Shown here one piece after another: positions 52,441-60,534 of a stretch of DNA of 62,527 nucleotides; position 1 is the stretch's first letter; each line of letters starts with the position of its first letter. Origin of the DNA: Phycisphaerae bacterium. Lineage in GTDB: Bacteria > Planctomycetota > Phycisphaerae > Phycisphaerales > SM1A02. The notes under the pieces were generated by a model. It ran no database searches. It was not told the origin of the DNA and was given only the letters and a program-made list of their open reading frames with translations. The stretch lies in the NCBI GenBank assembly GCA_002705085.1, contig PAHO01000045.1, positions 1-62,527 on the forward strand, written 5' to 3'. Made by a program: the position numbers and the translations under genes.

Positions 52441-53916
52441 ATGGCCAGCCCCCGTCCTCACCGCAGCCCTCAGCCCATTGACCGCGTTTTATCCCCGATT
52501 CAGAGCTTCATGGCGGCTGAAGCGAGTGCGGGCATTTTGTTGTTGGCGATGGCCGCGGTGGCCATGATTTGGGCCAATCTTCCTGGCGATTCCGGACAGT
52601 CGTATTTCGATTTGTGGCACACCGAAATCAACGTTTCGGTGGGGGGGCACGATGGGGCCCACGGGGGATACGACGAGCATCACAGCTCAGATGGCGATGT
52701 CCCCGGCGGAGGCGCGGCTGCTGCTCCGGAATCCTGGCTGGACTACTTGACCCTCAAACATGATTTGCACTGGTGGATCAATGACGCCCTGATGGCCATT
52801 TTCTTTTTGGTGGTCGGTCTTGAGATTAAGCGTGAGTTGTTGGTCGGGGAGTTGTCGAGTGTGCGGAAAGCGGCGGTGCCGATTGTTGCCGCCATCGGCG
52901 GGATGGTGGGTCCCGCATTGATTTACGCCGCATTGAATTGGGGAACTCCAGAAATCAGTGGTTGGGGTGTCCCCACCGCTACCGACATCGCATTCGCGGT
53001 TGGTGTGCTGGTCTTGTTGGGCAAACGAGTGCCTTTGGCCCTCAAAGTCTTCTTGTTGGCCTTGGCCATTGTGGATGACCTTGGCGCGGTGTTGGTGATC
53101 GCTTTGTTCTACACCGACAGTCTGCACACGCCGAGTTTGGGTATCGGCTTTGCCGTTTTGGCCTTGCTGGGACTGTTCAACATCTCCGGCGTGCGAAAGC
53201 CATTGGTGTACCTTCTGTTTGGCTTGCTTGTCTGGCTGGCCTTTGTGAAGAGTGGGGTTCACGCGACCATTGCTGGGGTACTGGTTGCCATCACCGTGCC
53301 TGCTTCGATGCGAATTGATGCCAGTAAATTCAAAGAAGAGGCCAAATCCGCGTTGGAGCGTTTTTCTGATGTTGGCAAACATGACAATGACGTCCCCACC
53401 AACAACGAGCGTCAGCATGCGGTGCACGCGCTTGAGGTTGGATGTGAAGATGTGCAAACGCCATTGACCCGTTTGGAACACACGCTGCACCCATGGGTCA
53501 CATTCTTCATCATGCCCATCTTCGCTTTGGCCAATGCAGGGGTTCGTTTGGAAGGCATGGACACATCCATGCTCTTGGGCCCGGTGGCCCTCGGAGTGGC
53601 CGGAGGACTGTTCTTTGGCAAGTTGATTGGCGTGTTTGGGGCCACGTTCTTGGCGGTGAAGTTGGGCATTGGCCAGTTGCCGCGTGGCGTGGGCTGGACC
53701 AAAATCGCCGCGGTCTCCATGTTGGCCGGAATCGGTTTCACCATGGCAATGTTTGTGGCCGGCTTGGCCTACGAATCGCCCACGACGCTTGATACCGCGA
53801 AACTGGGCGTGCTGATCGGTTCTACGGTCAGTGGAGTCATTGGATTCTTGGTCTTGCTTTCCGCAACCAAGCTTCCCCCGTCGGTTCGAGCCGCTCAGGA
53901 AGCCGAAGGCAATTGA
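52441..53916 (+). CDS. nhaA: Na+/H+ antiporter NhaA, with a His/Gly/Asp-rich insertion after TM1
   Basis: ORF 52441..53916. The NhaA blocks are present (FMAAEASAGILLL; WINDALMAIFFLVVGLEIKRE; PTATDIAFAVGVL; LLALAIVDDLGAV). The insertion reads VGGHDGAHGGYDEHHSSDGDVPGGGAAAAPESW. Confidence 0.85.
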   Translation: MASPRPHRSPQPIDRVLSPIQSFMAAEASAGILLLAMAAVAMIWANLPGDSGQSYFDLWHTEINVSVGGHDGAHGGYDEHHSSDGDVPGGGAAAAPESWLDYLTLKHDLHWWINDALMAIFFLVVGLEIKRELLVGELSSVRKAAVPIVAAIGGMVGPALIYAALNWGTPEISGWGVPTATDIAFAVGVLVLLGKRVPLALKVFLLALAIVDDLGAVLVIALFYTDSLHTPSLGIGFAVLALLGLFNISGVRKPLVYLLFGLLVWLAFVKSGVHATIAGVLVAITVPASMRIDASKFKEEAKSALERFSDVGKHDNDVPTNNERQHAVHALEVGCEDVQTPLTRLEHTLHPWVTFFIMPIFALANAGVRLEGMDTSMLLGPVALGVAGGLFFGKLIGVFGATFLAVKLGIGQLPRGVGWTKIAAVSMLAGIGFTMAMFVAGLAYESPTTLDTAKLGVLIGSTVSGVIGFLVLLSATKLPPSVRAAQEAEGN

Positions 53917-53929
53917 CCCACTGGTTCAA

Positions 53930-55624
53930 TCAGAGTGGCAGTGCTTCCAACTCGGCGGCGACCGTTTCACCGACCCGCTGAACCGTTTTTGGACTGAAGT
54001 CAAAAGGGATGCCCGCGGCCGCGAACAATTCGGGGAGCGGTTTTGATCCCCCCAGACGAAGTGCGGACTTGTAGTCTTTGAGCGCACCAGCATGATCGGA
54101 GGTGCTGCGACGCCACAGTTGCAGGGCGCCAAGTTGGGCGATCCCATATTCGATGTAGTAGAAGGGCACTTCAAACAGGTGCAGTTGGCGCTGCCACTGC
54201 ATCTGTCTGATGTCTTCCAACCCAGACCAATCGCAGTTCACGCCGAATCGTTGATCAAGGTCCAACCACAGTGCGGTTCGACCCGATCGATCGAGATTGG
54301 GATTGCGATAAATTTCGTGTTGGAACGCATCAATGGTGGCCACCCAGGTGATCGAACGGATGCAATCTTCAAGGTGCTCCCGCCATGCCCGGGCCGCGTC
54401 TTGTGGGCCGTAGAACATCCCGAGTTGCGTGGCGGCCAATTTTTCCATGGCCATCGAAGCGACTTCAGCAAACTCGATCGGTGAGTGCCGGTAGTGCACC
54501 ATCTCTTCATGTTCACTCAACATGGCGTGGAAGGCGTGCCCAGACTCGTGCAACATGGTTTGCAGGTCATCGTGGGTGCCGGCCGCATTCATAAAGATGA
54601 ACACTTTGCGCTGTCGGTCAAAATGCAGCTGGTATCCACCGGGTGATTTTCCGGGTCGACTTTCGAGGTCAAGACTTTCGCCGTCTTGAAGCCGGGCGAA
54701 AAGTTCTCCGAGTTCTGGATCCAAGGCCGTGAACATCTTGCTGCAGCCCTGCACCAGTTCGGCTTCGGTTCGGAATGGGCGCAGTGGTGTTCGTCCGGAG
54801 GAATCAACCGCCAAGTCCCAAGGTCGCAACGCGTCCAAACCCAGTTGCTGCCGCCGGTCCTCGTGGATTTTTCGGAGCAGAGGGACGAAGACATCCTCGG
54901 CCGCCTGGTGAAATGCCTTGCAATCCTCAGGGGTGTAATCGAACCGTTGCTTGCTCGCGAAGGCGTAGCCGACGTAGTCCTCATATCCCGCGTTGACGCC
55001 AATCTTGGTTCGGTTTGAAATCATGGCGTCGTACAGATCGTCCAACGCCTCTCGGTCCTCGGCCCGCCGTCCCCAACTGGCCCGCCACGCGGCTTCACGA
55101 CGATCTCGGTTGGTGTCCTCTTGGATGGTGCCCATCCAAGGCATGGTTCGGGATTCGCCTTCGAATTCCACCATCTGGGCGCCAGAGATGGATCCAAACT
55201 GTTGACCCATTTTGGTGTCTTCCACCAGCAGGGGAACATTTTCCTCTTGGAACAACTTCACCGATGCTTTGGTGTCTCGGACCAGAACACCAAAATGACT
55301 TGAGAGTTCGGTTAAGAAGGGGGATTCAGCCACGCGCTGGTCAATTTCAAACGAAATCTGCTGCAATGGTGGACTGACTTCTTCCACAAACTTCAGATAC
55401 GCCGCTTCGATGTCTTGATCGGTGGTGTCACAGGTCATGGCGGCGTACAGGCGATTACCGGCTTCACTGACATGCGCATCCAGTTCTGATCGATCCAAGA
55501 GCAATCGTTCGAGATCGGCCACATCATCGACGGTTCGGTCTCGGAGTGAGGTGTACAACGGTTCGAGCGCAGACCATGAGGCCCCATCCAACTCCAGAGG
55601 GACAAAAGACGTGTCGATGTTCAT
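53930..55624 (-). CDS. pepF: Oligoendopeptidase F (M3B family)
   Basis: ORF 53930..55624 (-). The zincin motif is HESGHAFHAML, with the downstream Glu. Length and layout fit PepF. Confidence 0.85.
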   Translation of the reverse strand: MNIDTSFVPLELDGASWSALEPLYTSLRDRTVDDVADLERLLLDRSELDAHVSEAGNRLYAAMTCDTTDQDIEAAYLKFVEEVSPPLQQISFEIDQRVAESPFLTELSSHFGVLVRDTKASVKLFQEENVPLLVEDTKMGQQFGSISGAQMVEFEGESRTMPWMGTIQEDTNRDRREAAWRASWGRRAEDREALDDLYDAMISNRTKIGVNAGYEDYVGYAFASKQRFDYTPEDCKAFHQAAEDVFVPLLRKIHEDRRQQLGLDALRPWDLAVDSSGRTPLRPFRTEAELVQGCSKMFTALDPELGELFARLQDGESLDLESRPGKSPGGYQLHFDRQRKVFIFMNAAGTHDDLQTMLHESGHAFHAMLSEHEEMVHYRHSPIEFAEVASMAMEKLAATQLGMFYGPQDAARAWREHLEDCIRSITWVATIDAFQHEIYRNPNLDRSGRTALWLDLDQRFGVNCDWSGLEDIRQMQWQRQLHLFEVPFYYIEYGIAQLGALQLWRRSTSDHAGALKDYKSALRLGGSKPLPELFAAAGIPFDFSPKTVQRVGETVAAELEALPL

Positions 55625-56193
55625 GTTGATTCCTGTTGTTTGGTTCGTGGCTGATCAAATCCGAATGCGAAGGCCCCAAGCGCGAGCACCAAATACACAT
55701 CAGCGGCATTGAAGATCCAGGGGTACAACCCTTTCGCACCGCCGGGCCAAGCCCACCCAAAAGGCAAATTCACGCCTGGAAAAAGCAGAAACAAATCCCG
55801 CACCGCGTCGTACATGACCCGGTCCCAAAGGTTCCCTAGCGCGCCCGCCAAAATCATGGCCAACAACACCCTTTTCCGCTGGGCTTCGGGTGGGAGTCGA
55901 TACCCCATGGTGAGAACCACCATGGCGGCCACGGCGGAGACCATCGCCAGCAATGCAACCCCACCTTGGCCCAATCCAAAGACCGCGCCTCGGTTGAGGG
56001 TGAGCCGGAAAGCCAAAAGTTTGGGCACCACGATGACAGGTTCGTGGGCGGGAATCGCCTCAGCTCGACCCCCGGTGGCCGAAAGATCAACGGGTTCACC
56101 GGCAACCCGAGCAAAGGCCACAGATTTTGAAGCCAAGTCGACGGCCAGCAAAATGGTGGCCAGAAGCAAAAAGCCGAGGAATGGTCGATTCAT
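55621..56193 (-). CDS. lspA: Lipoprotein signal peptidase (signal peptidase II) LspA
   Basis: ORF 55621..56193 (-). The conserved LspA boxes are present (LLAVDLASK; NRGAVFG; FNAADV). It has 4-nt overlaps with both ispE and pepF. Confidence 0.8.
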   Translation of the reverse strand: MNRPFLGFLLLATILLAVDLASKSVAFARVAGEPVDLSATGGRAEAIPAHEPVIVVPKLLAFRLTLNRGAVFGLGQGGVALLAMVSAVAAMVVLTMGYRLPPEAQRKRVLLAMILAGALGNLWDRVMYDAVRDLFLLFPGVNLPFGWAWPGGAKGLYPWIFNAADVYLVLALGAFAFGFDQPRTKQQEST

Positions 56194-57101
56194 GAGGACC
56201 TCATCTCTGCTTGGGGAAGCTCAATTGACTTCACCACGCGAGAGGGAAGATTGACCCGTTCCACAATCGCTTGGGCCAAAGCGTCAGCATGCATGGTGTT
56301 GTCGGCTGCGATGAAGAGGGTGGACCCTGAGCCTGTGAGGTGGACAGTGCGTTCTGCCAAAGGTTTCAGCGCCGCCCGGTACTCGATCAGTTCGGGTTCA
56401 ATGGTCTCAGCCGCAACCAGCAGATCGTTGAACAAGTCATCGCCGTCCAGGTCAGAACCTTGAAGGAGTCCATCAAGGCGTTCGGGAGCAAAATCTTGGG
56501 CCTCTTGTTCATCAAATGCATCAAAAATTTCACCAGTCGGACAAGCGGTTGCCGGAAACACCAAAACCAAAGCGGGGAATCGCTCCGAGTTGATCGGAAC
56601 GCATCGCTCACCGAACCCTGAAACCAAAGCATCACCGCCACGCAGGAAAAATGGAACATCAGATCCAAGTGATGCAGCGATGGTGTTCAAAGTGTCTTCG
56701 TCGATCGAAAGTTCAAACAATTTGTTGAGGCCCCGCAACATGGCGGCGGCGTTGCTGGATCCACCTCCAAGCCCTGACCCAACCGGAATACTTTTGGTCA
56801 ACAAGGATTGCACCGGAAGGGACCGCCCAGCATGGGCTTCCATGGCTTGGTGTGCTCGGAATGCCAAATCTCGGGCCAAAGGCCAATCAATCTCGGTTGG
56901 CTTTGGCGCATCCTCTGACCAGATTGTGGCGAAGCGACTGAAGGAGCCTTCAGGCAACTTTTTCAGTTCGAGTTGATCGCTGAAATCAACCGTCCGCATC
57001 CAAGACGCGACGGGGTGCAATCCGCATTGCGGATCCGCGGGGCCAACAGCGAGGGCCAAGTTGACTTTTGCGGGGGCCAGAATCCGTACACACTCAGACA
57101 T
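56190..57101 (-). CDS. ispE: 4-diphosphocytidyl-2-C-methyl-D-erythritol kinase IspE
   Basis: ORF 56190..57101 (-). The GHMP kinase motif is KSIPVGSGLGGGSSNAAA, and the N-terminus is ILAPAKVNLAL. Confidence 0.8.
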   Translation of the reverse strand: MSECVRILAPAKVNLALAVGPADPQCGLHPVASWMRTVDFSDQLELKKLPEGSFSRFATIWSEDAPKPTEIDWPLARDLAFRAHQAMEAHAGRSLPVQSLLTKSIPVGSGLGGGSSNAAAMLRGLNKLFELSIDEDTLNTIAASLGSDVPFFLRGGDALVSGFGERCVPINSERFPALVLVFPATACPTGEIFDAFDEQEAQDFAPERLDGLLQGSDLDGDDLFNDLLVAAETIEPELIEYRAALKPLAERTVHLTGSGSTLFIAADNTMHADALAQAIVERVNLPSRVVKSIELPQAEMRSS

Positions 57102-57126
57102 GGGAATGATCAGGATAGCCCGCCCA

Positions 57127-58233
57127 TCAAATCCGCCGGAGTGGGTGACGGTCCCGCCGGGAACGCTTGATGTTGATGGCTGGAAAGGCTTTCTGCAGCA
57201 CTTTGGTCCAAGGCTTGAGTGCGCCCCGTTCGGTGTTGGTGTGTCCAGCCAAGATCAAGCTCATCCCATTCCGGAGTGCTTGCAATTGCTCATGGTGTTT
57301 CATTTCACCGGTGAGGAAGACCGTCGCTCCGGCCGCAGCGGCCAGCGGGATGAGCTCGGCTCCCGAACCAGGGCAAGCGGCCAAGACCTTGTGTTTGGTT
57401 GGCGCTCCAGCAGCGTCTGCCACTTCAACCGCATCCACGCCGAGGTGCGTCCGAGCCAATTCGCCCAACTGCTTCAGCGACTGTGCTTTTTCAAGCCCCA
57501 CCACCCGTCCAGCTCCTGTATGCGGTTGAGGCTGCGGCAACAAAGTCGTGATGTCAACCGCGGGCTCTTCGTAGGGGTGAGCCTGACGCAGGGCGGCGAG
57601 GATCAGTGGGACATGTGAGTCTGGGCACACCATTTCGAGCCGCTGCTCTTCTACCGATTCCAGCCTTTCCGGAACCCCAATGGCGGGTGAAGTTCCAGAG
57701 AGACCCCGGAACGTCCCCGTGCCAGAGGCAGAGAAGCTGCACTCTCGGTACGCCCCAATGGAACCCGCCCCGGCGTTGGCCATGGCGTCACGGACGCGTT
57801 CATGGTCCTTCAGGGGAACGAAGACGGTGATTTTTCGGTTGGCACCAAGGGTGTTGGCCGACCGTACCGGTTCACCCGAACCAAAAGGCTCCACCAGCCA
57901 GTCCGTGATTCCGCCTCGGATGGCATCAAAGGCTGTGTGGGGGCTCCAGATGGCCAAGTCATGTGCCGCCGCCCGGGTGAGTGGCCTCACATCGGGGTCA
58001 TCTCCGTTCCAACGCTTCGGGGGGTGAAAGAGGACGGGGTGGTACGCCAGAAGCAGATCCACCTGGTCAGCAATGGCTTCCTCAACCACCGCCTCCGTGG
58101 CATCGATGGTGAGCATCATTCGTTTGATTGGTTGGTCATCCCGGCCCAATTGTCGGCCGACCGGATCCCAGGATTCCGCCAAATGCAGGGGGAAGAGTTC
58201 TTCGAGACCTTGTTCCACAGCAGCCAATCGCAT
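57127..58233 (-). CDS. Nif3-like dinuclear-metal-centre protein (YqfO/YbgI family, with inserted PII-like domain)
   Basis: ORF 57127..58233 (-). The N-terminal ...DPVGRQLG...LAYHP... and the C-terminal ...LTGEMKHHE... are characteristic of Nif3. The 368-aa length indicates the long form. Confidence 0.65.
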   Translation of the reverse strand: MRLAAVEQGLEELFPLHLAESWDPVGRQLGRDDQPIKRMMLTIDATEAVVEEAIADQVDLLLAYHPVLFHPPKRWNGDDPDVRPLTRAAAHDLAIWSPHTAFDAIRGGITDWLVEPFGSGEPVRSANTLGANRKITVFVPLKDHERVRDAMANAGAGSIGAYRECSFSASGTGTFRGLSGTSPAIGVPERLESVEEQRLEMVCPDSHVPLILAALRQAHPYEEPAVDITTLLPQPQPHTGAGRVVGLEKAQSLKQLGELARTHLGVDAVEVADAAGAPTKHKVLAACPGSGAELIPLAAAAGATVFLTGEMKHHEQLQALRNGMSLILAGHTNTERGALKPWTKVLQKAFPAINIKRSRRDRHPLRRI

Positions 58234-58266
58234 CGCCCGAGGATACGCGGTTTGCGACTAGGATTG

Positions 58267-58470
58267 ATGTCAATGATTCGGCGAATCTGCTGTCTGTTGG
58301 GTCTTTGGGTGCTGTCAGGATGCACAAGCACTGGCCAGTTGTTCCCCGATCGAGCCAGCCGCAACCAATTTGACACCTGGTTGCAGCTGCAGGGCGAAGC
58401 TCGTCGGGGGGAGCGGGTGGATTTGTTTGGCAAGCCTGAAACAGATCTTCGCGCTCGACTCCAGCGATAA
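58267..58470 (+). CDS. Small hypothetical lipoprotein (67 aa)
   Basis: Within ORF 57802..58470, whose upstream part is antisense to nif3, the Met at 58267 begins MSMIRRICCLLGLWVLSGCTS, a lipobox. Confidence 0.35.
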   Translation: MSMIRRICCLLGLWVLSGCTSTGQLFPDRASRNQFDTWLQLQGEARRGERVDLFGKPETDLRARLQR

Positions 58471-58601
58471 ATCCACGCATGAATTCAGTTCCGAGCCCAC
58501 CCGCATCCTTGGGGAATCGCTATCTTTCCACTCGACTGAATCTTCGGCCAATTTGTTCAATGAAATTGGTCTCAGACCGCCGATATGCCTTCTAGAGCCA
58601 C

Positions 58602-59219
58602 ATGACCAGACGACAAACTTCACCAAAGCAACGCCGACAGCAACGGGCCAATCGCGTCCGGAGACAGGTCGTGTTGGGATCGTTTGTGATGGCTATTTCC
58701 GCTTTGACCATGCTCTTGGAGTTGGTGGCTCACCCCTCTGAGGGCGGCCGACTGTTCATGCGCAAGGCCAATGAGCTGGAAAGCTCTGGGGCATCCAATG
58801 TCCACCGTGAGCTCGAACCCCGTAAGGGGGCTCTGAGGGATTGGAATCGCATTCTGATCCAACAGACGGGGAGTGAAAATGGAGACCCTGCCGATCTCAC
58901 CCAGCTGACTCCAGACCGTTGGCACTTTTTGGTGGGCAACGGCAATGGTGTGGATTTGGGAAAAATCCACATTTTCTCCCCTTGGGATACCCAAGGCTCG
59001 GCCCAAGGCCGCACCTTTCTGGAACAGCCCGGAACGATCGTGATTGGGTTGGTTGGTTCGGATCACCGGCTGCCAGAGAAAGCACAAACCAACGCTCTGG
59101 TTGATTTTTGCCGATTCTTGTGCCGAGAATTCAGCATTCCGGTTTCAAATGTGGACTGCGAGATCGCCGAAGGGTCGTTGTTGGACACCGCCGAACTGTT
59201 CCGAAAAATCAGCCAGTAA
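58602..59219 (+). CDS. Putative N-acetylmuramoyl-L-alanine amidase (Amidase_2/PGRP-like) with N-terminal membrane anchor
   Basis: ORF 58602..59219. It has an Arg-rich N-terminus followed by a TM segment. RWHFLVGNGNGVDLGKIHIFSPW resembles the Amidase_2 YHF(V/L)IG.G..DG.I block. The assignment is tentative. Confidence 0.4.
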   Translation: MTRRQTSPKQRRQQRANRVRRQVVLGSFVMAISALTMLLELVAHPSEGGRLFMRKANELESSGASNVHRELEPRKGALRDWNRILIQQTGSENGDPADLTQLTPDRWHFLVGNGNGVDLGKIHIFSPWDTQGSAQGRTFLEQPGTIVIGLVGSDHRLPEKAQTNALVDFCRFLCREFSIPVSNVDCEIAEGSLLDTAELFRKISQ

Positions 59220-59320
59220 CTCAGGTGCCCTCTAATTTTGGGCCCGTATACAGGTACGAAATTCAAAAAACAGGTACTTTTCCCGTTCGGAATTCGATCA
59301 GAACCTCCGATTGAATATCG

Positions 59321-60214
59321 ATGACCACCTTGTTTATGCCGGCCACCATGACGCAACTTCCGAATGAGATTGACGGTTACCCGATCCTGTCGTTGATTGG
59401 GGAAGGTGCGTTCAGCAAGATTTATGCTGCCAAAGACCCCAAGACTCGCCAACTCTTGGCGCTCAAACATGTGATCATCAACGATCCCAAGAAAGATGAG
59501 CGTTGGGTCGAGCAGATGGAATCCGAAACTCGGATCGCCAACGCGTTGGACCATCCAGTGCTTCGCAAGGTGCTCAACTTCAAGCGACAGCGTCGCTGGT
59601 TGAAGTCTCTCGGTGCGGTCATGTTGATGGAGTTTGTCGATGGCCGAACTCTTGACGTCATCAAACCTGATGTTGAAGAGACCATTCGGATCTTCATTCA
59701 TTTGGCTCAAGGCTTGCAACACATGGAAGAACAAGGCTTTGTGCACTGTGACATGAAGCCCATCAATGTTCTGGTCACCAGCAATGGAGACGTCAAGATC
59801 ATTGATCTCGGACAAGCTTGTGAAGCTGGAACCATCAAAAAGCGTATCCAAGGCACGCCTGGATACATGGCTCCTGAACAAGCGCATCGACGTGAGATCA
59901 CGCCGGCGACCGACGTCTACAACCTTGGAGCCACGATGTATTGGGTGTTGTGCGGTCGAGTGATTCCGACAGCGCTGCCACCCCGCGGGCAAAACAATGG
60001 TTTGACCACGGGCGCTGTGGAGGAGCGATTTTTGAAGCCTCCCAAGCCCGCAGATGAGGTCAACAGCAAAGTCCCCAACATCGTGGCCAAGACCATCCAA
60101 GAAGCGGTTGACCCCGATCCGGCCAAGCGAATCACCATGTCCAAGTTCCTTGAGCGACTTGAGATGGCGCAGGGCTTGCTTCGAAGTGGCAATGGTCAGG
60201 AATTCGAGATCTGA
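59321..60214 (+). CDS. Hanks-type serine/threonine protein kinase (cytoplasmic, kinase domain only)
   Basis: ORF 59321..60214. The kinase motifs are LIGEGAFSKIYAA (Gly loop), ALKHV (VAIK-like), HCDMKPINVLV (catalytic loop), IIDLGQA (DFG variant) and GTPGYMAPE. No Shine-Dalgarno is evident upstream of 59321, so the Met at 59336 or 59348 are alternative starts. Confidence 0.8.
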   Translation: MTTLFMPATMTQLPNEIDGYPILSLIGEGAFSKIYAAKDPKTRQLLALKHVIINDPKKDERWVEQMESETRIANALDHPVLRKVLNFKRQRRWLKSLGAVMLMEFVDGRTLDVIKPDVEETIRIFIHLAQGLQHMEEQGFVHCDMKPINVLVTSNGDVKIIDLGQACEAGTIKKRIQGTPGYMAPEQAHRREITPATDVYNLGATMYWVLCGRVIPTALPPRGQNNGLTTGAVEERFLKPPKPADEVNSKVPNIVAKTIQEAVDPDPAKRITMSKFLERLEMAQGLLRSGNGQEFEI

Positions 60215-60269
60215 AGCCCGGGTCCTTGCGGCTGACGTTCCACCAGGCGCTGAACCCACCAACGGATTG

Positions 60270-60302
60270 AAAAAACACCGACGACCATGAAGGTCATCGG
60301 TG
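60270..60302 (-). terminator. Rho-independent terminator of the tRNA-Ile gene (minus strand)
   Basis: On the minus strand, caccgatgacc-ttcat-ggtcgtcggtg forms an 11-bp stem with one mismatch. It begins 5 nt after the tRNA 3' end and is followed by tttttt. Confidence 0.6.
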
Positions 60303-60307
60303 CAAAG

Positions 60308-60381
<74 letters not shown>

Positions 60382-60534
60382 GAAGGCTTCCCGCAGGCAC
60401 GGGAACGGAAAAGTATACCAGCGAACACGGCCTCGCCAAGTCTCTGATTTTGGACCACCCAGAAGAAAAAGCCCCTCACCAGAGGCGAGGGGCTTGTGTG
60501 ATCAAGGTTTTTGGGCTTCAAGCCACGGGCAGGG

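Noticed and set aside
52687-53490. ORF 52687..53490 (-) 267 aa
   Set aside because: It is antisense to nhaA.
57802-58266. Upstream 155 codons of ORF 57802..58470 (+)
   Set aside because: They are antisense to the Nif3-like gene. Only the terminal 67-codon lipoprotein-like part was kept, at low confidence.
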